Source of the DNA: Candidatus Gottesmanbacteria bacterium
GTDB lineage: Bacteria; Patescibacteriota; Microgenomatia; UBA10105; UBA927
Assembly: GCA_963809665.1 (NCBI GenBank)
Contig: CAWEKC010000002.1
Coordinates: 1 to 56,822 of the forward strand
DNA: 56,822 nt
Reading direction: 5' to 3'
A program made the translations under genes and the position numbers. A model generated the notes under the pieces. That model did no database searches. It was not told the DNA's origin and saw nothing but the letters and a program-made list of their open reading frames with translations. Of the stretch, positions 1 to 8,953 are shown one piece after another; positions within the stretch are counted from its first letter, which is position 1; each line of letters begins with the position of its first letter.

Positions 1-296
1 GGAACTTCCTTTAATAGCCCGGTCATACGCGTCGGCCGGAATAATCTTTTCAAACGATTTATTGTTTTCCGCGATAGACCGGAGCCGGTCCGTTATGTTC
101 GCGTTAAAACCGAGTTCCTTTATCCTCTGTTCATTTGCTAACCTGACCATAGGCGGAAGATGATCAATAAGTGTTTGCGTAAACGGTTTATGCGTGTATG
201 CCGCAACACCCATTTTTATCTCGAAAAATGTTACGCAGAGCTCGCGGTAGGTATGTGATCCTTCGGAACTTTCCCTTCATTCATTTCCTGATTCAT
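1..296 (-). CDS. Partial hypothetical protein running off the left edge, probably frameshifted near its start
   Basis: ATG at 296 (MNQEMNEGKVPKDH...) stops early; another frame is open from about 270 to base 1 (..ELCVTFFEIKMGVAAYTHKPF..DRAIKGSS). No family recognised. Confidence 0.35.
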
Positions 297-343
297 AATG
301 ATATACTTTAAGGAACTATTTAAAAGGTACCCGAAATCATACC

Positions 344-2279
344 ATGTACCCGCTTACTAATCCATTGTTCTGGTTTTATTTTTTATATTTTTTCGTTGCG
401 GTCTTTCTTGCATTTTTTGTCCCCGGGAACCTCATTATCCGCAGGCTCAACGTCTCCCTCCTTACCGAAATACTACTCAGTATCGTAACGGGGTTTGTCT
501 TGTGGTCTCTATCGGGATTTATTCTCGGCTATCTTCATCTGCGGATCCTCATGTACCTGTACCCCCCGCTGTGCCGTGATTTTGTGGTTAAAGTCTAAAC
601 ACTACCGGATGTTCCTTTATATTAGCAAACCGTATAAAACCTAATATCGCTCTGAGCATTGTCATACTCGTCGGAACACTTATACAACTCGCATCCATAT
701 GGGCAAACGGTATCAGCGTACCCGGCGGCGTCTATTTCTGCTGTGGCATACCGGATACGATTACGCACACATCGTTAACACAGGAGCTTGTGCGGCGAAT
801 TTCCTCCGAACGAACCGGGGTTCAGCGGAATCGCGCTTACCAACTACCATTATCTTTCGAACCTGGGGGTGCCGACCTCGTACGTGTTTTCAGCCTGCCG
901 CTTATCAGCACACAGTATCAATACATGACGGTTCTGTTCTCAGTGCTGCTCGGCATATCGGCGTTTGCACTAGCGGAAGCTCTATACTTAGGTAGACGGT
1001 TTACCTTCTGGCTGACATTTTTCCTGTATTTCTCCGGTGACATTATTTTTCTTTTACCGCTCATTACCGGTCACGGCATTAATTTTTCCTTAACGACGCT
1101 CGAAAATGCTTCCAACCTCTGGAAGCGTCCCAGATTTTATGCGCTTATCGTCCTGCTTTCCGGTCTGACTTTATTTGTATATTGGTTAAAAAAGAAGGAT
1201 ATCTATTCAGGGCTCATTATGGGGGTTGTACTCGGAAGCATCATTGGTTTTAAGGTATATGTAGGATTGTTTGTCCTATGCGGGTTTGCCATACTCGGAA
1301 TCATATATTTCCTGAATAAAAAATATTCAGCAATAATACCAATACTTCTTATCTTTGTGGTTTCCGGAATTCTCTATACTCTTGTGAATAGAGACGCAGG
1401 CGGGTTGGTGTTCTCGGGTTTCTGGCGGTTCGAGGATTTTGTCGTTCAGCCGTCACTCGGCTTATCACATTTAGAGTTGGCTCGCAGATCGTTATTTGAA
1501 CAATACGATGTCATCAGGGCATCTCTCTATGATGTGCTTTTCGGATTCCTATATATCTTCTTTTCAACAGGAACCCTTCTTATGGGTCTTTTACAAACAA
1601 GGGGTTCATTACAAAGAATCCCGAAAGATTTCATTACTCTGCTTGTAGGAGGGCTCCTATGCACAGGTATTTCAGGATTTTTCTTTCTTCAGCAAACCGG
1701 CGGTGCAAATTCATCGCAATTCCTCATATCAATCTATATCGTAGGTACGATATTTGCCGCATTATCAGTTTCATGGTGGCTGAATAAATTCCCCCGCTTG
1801 ATTGCCCTAACGGCGGCAATTGTAATAATTCTCTTAACTTCAGCCAGGACTGTATATGCCACTTACAGGCAGATGGAAAGAACAATAACGCGAGAAGGTT
1901 TATTGATACCAAACGATATATTGCAGGCTTACATATATTTTTCCGGTACAAAACAAGGCAGTGTGATCATGGTATACGACGATACAAATTTGGATTGCCT
2001 GTTAATCACAATATTCGGGAATCGCCCGACATATACTTGTACTGCCGGATTGCCGGGGGTAATCAGCGACGAACTACTTTTACAGAGGTATGATATAAAG
2101 AATAACATCTTTTTCGGAAATAATCTCGACCAGAGGTTAAAGAGAATTGACATACATCCAACGGAATTTCTTACATATATATTTCAAAAAATAATGTAAG
2201 GGAGACCAAAATCGGAAAACTGAATTTAATTAAAGTATATGAAACGGAAAATAATGTCATTTATAAGGTCCGGAATTAA
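344..2279 (+). CDS. Large polytopic membrane protein, GT-C-like (polyprenyl-sugar-dependent glycosyltransferase-like), broken by several indels
   Basis: ORFs 344-598 and 790-2199 join through alternative frames. FPPNEPGFSGIALTNYHYLSNL is read in a third frame at about 800-868, and a soluble C-terminus (GISYIYISK..VYE..IYKVRN*) ends at 2279. Many hydrophobic segments. Confidence 0.6.
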
Positions 2280-2307
2280 ACGCAAAGATCTAACAGCAAT
2301 TATTTCT

Positions 2308-2316
2308 TGATATAAT
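2308..2316 (+). promoter_or_regulatory. Extended -10 promoter (TGaTATAAT) 6 nt before ATG; probable leaderless transcript
   Basis: TG at 2308-2309, TATAAT at 2311-2316, ATG at 2323, no SD. Confidence 0.6.
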
Positions 2317-2322
2317 TCCTTC

Positions 2323-3855
2323 ATGCGCAGACTTTTGTCTGAAAAAATTCATCTATCATCCGACTTCGTACTTTCCTTATTTCTTTTTATCCTCACATTT
2401 GTCATCGCCGGCAGTTTTTCCGTCATCGGTATTGATGCCCGCCATGACGGGGCTATGTTAAAACCGGCATTGGATGTCTCACGCGGCCTCATGCTTTTCC
2501 GGGATTCATTGACTACGTACGGGGCTTTAGCTACGCTTATGCAGGCCGGCGCCCTCATGCTCTTCGGCAGATATCTTGTAACGCTGAAACTGCTCTCCGC
2601 TGCGTTTTACGGGGGTATTGCCGTATTGCAGTACCTTATATATAAACGGGTTCTTCCGGGATCAATGGCATTTATAACCGTAATTCTCTGGCTGTTTTTA
2701 GCTCCCTATTTTTTCTGGCCGTTTCTTATCTGGTCATCGGTTTATGCCCAGTTCTTCCAGCTTGTCGCCGTATATCTTCTTATTCTCTGGTTGGAACATA
2801 AACGGATGTCGTATCTTATTTCTGCCGGTGTAGCAACAGCGTGCGTTTTTTATACCCGTCAAACGGTCGGCGTATTTACCGCGTTCGGAATAATCGCATT
2901 TTTTATAATTCTCGCTATTGCGCGCAAACTGTCCCTGAAACAAACGGTGAATGATATTGCCGGGTTGATGTCGGGAATTATTGCCGTCGCCCTTCTCATT
3001 ACAGTTTGGCTGGCCGCCAATCACAGCATACCGGATTGGTGGAAACAATCATTTGTGCTCGGGACATTGCTTGCCACCCAATTTAACTCAATCGGTGACT
3101 TACTGAACCTCCTCAAAATCACGTTCTTCCCACTGTCAAACCCTATTTTTGTTACCAGCCCGGTCGAATTGTGGGTACTACTCCCCGTTACATCCGTTAT
3201 CGTATTCGTACAGTATTGTTTTTTCCGTAAAAAGGGTAATCAAAACCACGTATCATACGTCTTGTTACTTACGCTTGTTGCGCTGGCTTCGTGGACCCAG
3301 TATTATCCGATGATAGATTACCGTCATATCTACTGGGGAAGCACGCCGATGTTCGGGGTTCTGGCGTTATTTTGTTATGAACTTGGTGCGGTTTATCCTG
3401 TCCATTTTTAAGAAGAACTCAGTTCTGCTTGCTACTAGTAATTACAATCGTAGGATTATGTATTCTTTTTTATCCCGATATTTCCACGAGGGTTCTTGCA
3501 GGAAAAGGAAAAACTATCCGCGTCATATGAAACGCTTTCGTATCCGGCGGTTCTTCAGGGCGTACGGGTTACTGCCCGCGAAAAACAGTATATTACGGAT
3601 TTTGACAATTCACTGACGTCATATTTCAAAAATAATCCCGAAGGCTCAGTCGTAAATCTCAGCGGGGACGGACTCTGGCCGTCACTATACGATCACATGA
3701 CAAATATCCGTCCGTTATATTTGTATGCGGCCCAATTCATGTGGGCAGTCTATCCTGATTTTCTTCCCCGTACACTTACATATATAGCAACAAATCACCC
3801 GCTTGTTGTAACAGACCCGACATCCATTTCTTCCGGCGGGTTATTGTCCCGATAA
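2323..3855 (+). CDS. Polytopic membrane protein, GT-C/ArnT-like, frameshifted at about 3390-3500; 3' end uncertain
   Basis: N-terminal DARHDG loop, about 11 TM segments (ORF 2323-3411), then a soluble C-terminal piece (ORF 3496-3855). Confidence 0.55.
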
Positions 3856-3916
3856 AATATCTGGATTCCGTCTACAAAGCGTACCTTGCCCTGCCCTGCG
3901 GCGAAAAGTTACCTTT

Positions 3917-5182
3917 ATGAAACGCTCAACAATTACAGGTGTAAACGTAAACCGGAAACTTATCACGATCATTGTGGGTGTCATTATTTGCTTACTTTTC
4001 CTTTTCTTCCGGGTTTATGAATTCAAACAACGTACTCAAATATCGTTCGATCAGGTAAACAATGCGTGGGCCGCCTACCGGATTATTGCTGAGCACAATT
4101 TTCCTTTAGAAGGTCCGGCTGCCAAAATGTCATCGATCACCATCGGCCCCCTCTATTATTACTACGTTGCCTTTTTTTACTGGATAACGGATTTACATTT
4201 TATTGCTTCCCCGATTATTGCTCTTGTAACGGCTAGTATTAATTTCGGTATATTATATGCCGTTACCCGGAGGTTATTCGGATCAAAAACGGCATTGATA
4301 GCATCGGGTATAAACGCTATATCAGTGTATTTTATATTTTCCGACCGGGGGCAGGTGCCGATAAATTTTATTCCTTCTGTCGGACTCCTGCTGTTTTATT
4401 ATTTATATGAAGTTCTCCGGGGAAAGGGTGATAATATCCCATGGCTTGCCGTCATGTTGGGTTTATCTTTTCATATCCATTTTACTTCCGTATTTTACCC
4501 GGTCATTATCGCGGTGACGCTTCCATGGTGGCCGAACATAAAAACAAATGCTAAATATTACCTGTATGCGGTTGGGCTTCTTATCGTTTCTTTTTCTCCC
4601 ATGATCATTGATAGTGTGATTAAAAAACAACCGTTTTGGCAGGCGTCGGGAGCGTACATCAGTTCTTCAACCCACGGATTGCACCTACGGAGAATTCTTC
4701 AGCTTTCCCACGATGCGTTTATTGAGTTTGAATCCATCCTGATGTTCAGGTTCTTCCGCCCGTTTGTCTATTTTGTATTACCGTTGTTTGTGTATATATA
4801 CAACATACGCCAAAAAAGAAAAAACCTGTGGATCGGGATACTTCTTTCCTTATGGATTATTGTCCCCTGGATAGGATTTTCACTGTATACGGGCGAAATC
4901 ACGAGTTATTATTTTTCAGTCAGCCGATACATCGTACTGATGATTATTTCCTATTTGATCTATTGGTTGTGGAATACACATATCATTTCAAAAATCTTCC
5001 TGTGCATATTTGCGGTTAGTTTCCTGTTTTTTAACACTCAGAAGTTCTTTACCGCAGGTAAGGGAAATCTCATTAAATTGGAAAATGAATTTAAAGTAAA
5101 CAACCAGTACAAAAACTATATCCCGTATAAGGAGGGCGACCCGAGGTCATACTTATATACAATTTATATAAGACAAAGATAA
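3917..5182 (+). CDS. Glycosyltransferase family 39 / ArnT-PMT-like membrane protein
   Basis: First-loop FDQ..AW and GPLYYY motifs, multi-TM body, 421 aa intact. Confidence 0.7.
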   Translation: MKRSTITGVNVNRKLITIIVGVIICLLFLFFRVYEFKQRTQISFDQVNNAWAAYRIIAEHNFPLEGPAAKMSSITIGPLYYYYVAFFYWITDLHFIASPIIALVTASINFGILYAVTRRLFGSKTALIASGINAISVYFIFSDRGQVPINFIPSVGLLLFYYLYEVLRGKGDNIPWLAVMLGLSFHIHFTSVFYPVIIAVTLPWWPNIKTNAKYYLYAVGLLIVSFSPMIIDSVIKKQPFWQASGAYISSSTHGLHLRRILQLSHDAFIEFESILMFRFFRPFVYFVLPLFVYIYNIRQKRKNLWIGILLSLWIIVPWIGFSLYTGEITSYYFSVSRYIVLMIISYLIYWLWNTHIISKIFLCIFAVSFLFFNTQKFFTAGKGNLIKLENEFKVNNQYKNYIPYKEGDPRSYLYTIYIRQR

Positions 5183-5210
5183 CCCTATTTTTGGAAATTT
5201 GTGTTTAGCC

Positions 5211-5219
5211 TGCTATAAT
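5211..5219 (+). promoter_or_regulatory. Extended -10 promoter (TGcTATAAT) of the NMP kinase gene
   Basis: TATAAT at 5214-5219, 9 nt before the ATG at 5229. Confidence 0.55.
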
Positions 5220-5228
5220 GCCTCAAAC

Positions 5229-5849
5229 ATGAACACCGAACGGGGCAGGCTCTATAACGTGGAAGGACTGGATGCGGCGGGAAAATCAACACTGGCTAAG
5301 GAATTACAGAAGAAATTTGACGGTGTTATGACATACAGCCCGCCGGACTGGATGAGACCGTACCGGACGTTTTCAACAACTCGCCAGCCGATATTCGGTT
5401 CCTGTATTATGCGTATAGTAATTTCTGGGTTGACAGGGTTATGGTACGTCCTCTTTTGGAACGTGACGGGAGATATGTATTCCAGGACCGGACATGGCTG
5501 ACGACGTTATCCGCACATGAAGATATGGGAACATCACGTATTCTGCTTCGGCTCGGATTAACAGCTCGCGAAAGCCGCAACCCGTCCCGATATCGCCTTT
5601 ATTATTCACGTTGATAACGCGGAAAGACGGCAGAGAATGATGAGCAGGAATGTGATTACCCCTGATGATATTACCAGTCTTGAAAACCAGGATGAAATGG
5701 AAAAAAGTCTGGTGTCATGGGTCGGTCGTCTCGGGTGGAAGACGGTTATCTTTGATAATTCGCACTTCACGCCCGATCAGGCGCGGGAGGAGTTAGTGCG
5801 GTATATCAGTGACAGAAATCTTAAAACGATCCCGGTAAAACCTCTTTGA
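5229..5849 (+). CDS. Nucleoside monophosphate kinase of the thymidylate kinase family, CMPK2-like (about 206 aa after fixing two compensating indels)
   Basis: P-loop EGLDAAGKST; SPP..MRPYRTFF..SP; DRTW motif in the shifted frame (5374-5560); RPD..FIIHV...ERRQR. One T is missing in TTTT 5370-5373 and there is one extra base near 5561. Confidence 0.8.
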
Positions 5850-6333
5850 TTGATATGTGTTGGGACTGACCCTTCGGTATATGGTATTCGACATTATCCC
5901 CTGCGTGCTTCCCCAGAAGCATCGTTCCTAACGGCGATTCATAGGAAATCCACCCCTGTTTGTTCTGAGACGCATCATCGGGGCCCAACAGGGTGAATGT
6001 TTCGTCTTCAGTCTCACCGGCAAACCTCACTGTAATCGTATTTCCGACGCCGATGGTATCTATTTGTTTGCGCGGCTCAATGATGGTCACGTCATAGAGC
6101 TTGTCTTTAATCTCGGAAAGCATCCGCGACGCCAGATCTGCCTGCCTCGATGCTTCTTCATACGCAAAGTTGTCATGGTATTCGTCGCCTTTCTCGATTG
6201 CCGCGCCCATTTCCAGCTGGAATCGTTTGTGTTGTTCCTGAAGCTGTGACAGCCGCTGCTCAAGGGCATCTTTGGTAAATTGCGTCATCAAACGGGATCC
6301 GGTACGGTTTTCCTGTTCAAATTTGTTATTCAT
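5821..6333 (-). CDS. greA: GreA/GreB-family transcript cleavage factor
   Basis: N-terminal coiled coil with acidic tip GDEYHDNFAY; C-terminal IS..SPLG..LLGK..GD motif; SD GGAGGG at 6339-6344; ATG at 6333 overlaps the PfkB stop. Confidence 0.85.
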   Translation of the reverse strand: MNNKFEQENRTGSRLMTQFTKDALEQRLSQLQEQHKRFQLEMGAAIEKGDEYHDNFAYEEASRQADLASRMLSEIKDKLYDVTIIEPRKQIDTIGVGNTITVRFAGETEDETFTLLGPDDASQNKQGWISYESPLGTMLLGKHAGDNVEYHIPKGQSQHISIKEVLPGSF

Positions 6334-7138
6334 AATCACCCTCCGATGTTATATGCTCCACGCCGAATGCCGAGACGGAAAGGGAAGCCAGGTTGACTGC
6401 CTTTTCCAGTGCGGTTTCCACAGGGACTCCTTTCGCACGCTGTGCTAAAAACGCACCGGCAAGTACGTCACCTGCGCCTGTAGTCTCAACGGAAGCAACA
6501 ACCGGCGCCGGTATCATTATTATATCGTTCCCGTGAATATATTCTGCACCGGATTTTCCTTTTTTAAGGACAATCGGTGTATCAAATACCGTCTCACCAA
6601 GCTCACGGACTATATTAAATTCCGCCTCGTTCGCAAATATCAACGAAGCTTTCCGGAACATCTGCTTTGTTAAATCCGGAAATTTTTCGACGAATTCCTC
6701 AAAACTATCAACGGAAACATGTGTATGGCCGGATAACATCTCCAGCCATGTTAAAGCATGTTCCGGCAATTGCGTCGGCAGATGGATAAATTTTGCAGAT
6801 ACATATGCATCAGGGAATATCGCTGTCTCTACAATCCCCGCCACGCCCCTTTGAGCCGCAAATTCTCTCGTATTATCCGGGTGCTGCGTTATAACAAACC
6901 TGCACGTTGCTCCGTTCTCCTTTATACGGATCCCTTCGATATCAATACCTTTCTGCGTAAGTACTGTTGTATCAAAATCCCTGCCGATCTTTGCCACCAC
7001 ACCCACTTTATCACTGTAGCGTGACGCCCCGACCGCAGCATAATACGCGGCCCCGCCGGGTGAAACTTTGCTTCCCGAGGGCGTAATGTCCTCATTCCAT
7101 GCAACATCGCCGATAATCGCAACATCCAGCTCTCTCAT
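6326..7138 (-). CDS. PfkB/ribokinase-family kinase (possible nucleoside kinase)
   Basis: PGGAAYYAA N-terminal motif, NEAE, and ETTGAGD anion-hole signature with the catalytic Asp; ATGA overlap with the RNR stop. Confidence 0.9.
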   Translation of the reverse strand: MRELDVAIIGDVAWNEDITPSGSKVSPGGAAYYAAVGASRYSDKVGVVAKIGRDFDTTVLTQKGIDIEGIRIKENGATCRFVITQHPDNTREFAAQRGVAGIVETAIFPDAYVSAKFIHLPTQLPEHALTWLEMLSGHTHVSVDSFEEFVEKFPDLTKQMFRKASLIFANEAEFNIVRELGETVFDTPIVLKKGKSGAEYIHGNDIIMIPAPVVASVETTGAGDVLAGAFLAQRAKGVPVETALEKAVNLASLSVSAFGVEHITSEGDYE

Positions 7139-8839
7139 AATTGTATTGGTTGGTTAATCTGACTTCCGTCCCTGTACACGGTAATGTTTTTTAATCCCAT
7201 GCCGTGCGCGTTGATAAAAATATCCAGAACATCCTGCACCGAAGCCGTTGACGGTAAATTCACTGTTTTGGAAACGGCTTCGTCATAGACGCTGCTTACT
7301 GCGGCAACCATTTTCAGCTGATCGATGGACTGATATCTCTTTAACTGTTTTAAGTACATCTTTGTCCGGGAGTGATCCGTTTTGAAACGTTCCACACGCC
7401 TGCGCCTGTTTCATGACACCGGAACTTTCATCGCCGGTCCTCTGCCGTACAAACGATTCTATGACTTTCCGGGTTTCATCGTTCAGTCTGTGCAAAGAAA
7501 ACAGCGGTTCTATGCTCGACGTTACTCCCAAAAGAATTGACGTCCTTCCTGTGGGTGGCAACGTCGTCGTCAATATATTTCTCAGGTATCCGGTATTCTT
7601 AATATACGCGGCGAACGATTCCCATGCCTCACGCGATACGGATTCAGTCGGATTGGCAGCATACCGGGACTCGATAAATCCGTTATAATATTTATTATTC
7701 TCCCGATCGGACATCGCACCGCACGACCCGCGATGCTCCGCCAGTCTCACTGATGCAACTTTCGATGAATAATTTATTGATGCAAGAATATTTTGCGCCG
7801 TTAGTCTTCCTTTGTCGGAATCGTAGGGTATTCCCAACTGAATAAGAGTATCCGCGAGTCCGCATACCCCGATACCGATTTTCCGTTTTAACGTTGCGAG
7901 ACGTTGACTCTCCTCATCGGGAAAGCCATTCCGGCTTATTTCTATTGCGTTATCAAGCGCTCTCACCATAACCGCCGTTGCCTCTGACAATTTTGTATAA
8001 TCCACTCCATCCTGTTTCACGAATTTTAACAGATTTATGTATCCGAATTGGCAGGTTTCTCCCGGGGCTAAACCCATCTCGGAACACGGAGGTGTTGACG
8101 TATATGAACTGATGGTTTTAATCGGATTATCCCTGTTCATCCGTTCCAAAGAAATAAGGCCCGGATCTCCGTTGTGATGCGCACACTGGGCCATTTCCTC
8201 CAATAATCCATAGGCATCTATATTTGTACCGTCCGACAATCTATATGATCTATGCTCCGTTGCGGATGCCATAAAGTCTTCGCTGACATCCACAGAAATA
8301 TTGAAGTGCTTCATGGATGAGTCTCTTTTCGCCCGGATAAACTCCCTGATCCGGGGATGGGAAACATGCAGGCTTCCCATATTGCCTATATACCTGTCAT
8401 ACAGTCCGGTTGCAGTTTCATTCGCTGAAAGTTCGTTTAACCAATGCAGGAGGCCGACGGGATCTTCGTATGATGTAAAATCAAATCCGGATCCCATATT
8501 TTGTCTGTAATACTTCCGTATTTTGACCGCTGCATCATCAAGTTTTCGTAAATCAACGGGTATTACGACGCAGGATGACAATGCGGCGTGAGAATATTCC
8601 GGTCTCCCTGCGTTGGTAAGCGTCGGTGTTCCGGGAGAAAGCGCACCTTCAAGCATATAACTGGCAAATAGGTCTTTGTTTCCCTGCGTTTCCCACTGAT
8701 CAATACCCCATGAAGATTCAACGGAAAACAGCGTGTGTACGACACGCTCAAACATATGCTGAGGTGTTTCTTCGGGGGCTAAAATTTTCCCTCCGGCTAA
8801 CATTTTAGTTACCCGTTGGGAAATTTCGAATTCTTTCAT
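7135..8839 (-). CDS. nrdJ: Divergent class II (B12-type, NrdJ-like) ribonucleotide reductase, about 567 aa after removing one extra base near 7327
   Basis: PTLTNAG, LSSC, NMG.L.V.HP.I.EFI.AK, FNISV, GDPG, PPCSE, ETC.FG.INL, RKIGIGVCGLAD, PTG..SI, SSIEP; C-terminal AVSKTVNLP and GLKNITVYRDGS. No class I Tyr-Tyr pair, no ATP cone. Confidence 0.85.
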
Positions 8840-8887
8840 ATATCATTCTTTACGTGATATTGCCGGGAACATCGGGCGTAAAAGCCT

Positions 8888-8916
8888 ATAATACCTTCCA
8901 AACACAACTATGTCAA
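8888..8916 (-). promoter_or_regulatory. Near-consensus sigma70 promoter of the nrdJ-like/pfkB/gre operon
   Basis: TTGACA (8916-8911), 17-nt spacer, TATTAT (8893-8888), about 50 nt upstream of the ATG at 8839. Confidence 0.8.
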
Positions 8917-8953
8917 CACACAACGTACAATAAATATGGGGAGGTATAAACCC

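Noticed and set aside
7283-7395. Programmed +1 frameshift or true pseudogene in the RNR
   Set aside because: No slippery run or stimulatory structure at GTCCATC; many similar indels occur across the window; both parts are well conserved and stay coupled to pfkB.
7135-8839. Intein or intron in the RNR
   Set aside because: The protein is short and collinear with the class II core; there are no C/S..HN splice motifs or endonuclease domain.
8899-8920. NrdR box upstream of the RNR (ACACAACTATGT)
   Set aside because: Only a partial match to the palindromic NrdR consensus, and there is no second box.
8921-8953. Intrinsic terminator after ftsZ
   Set aside because: Only a weak short stem, with no clear U-tract.
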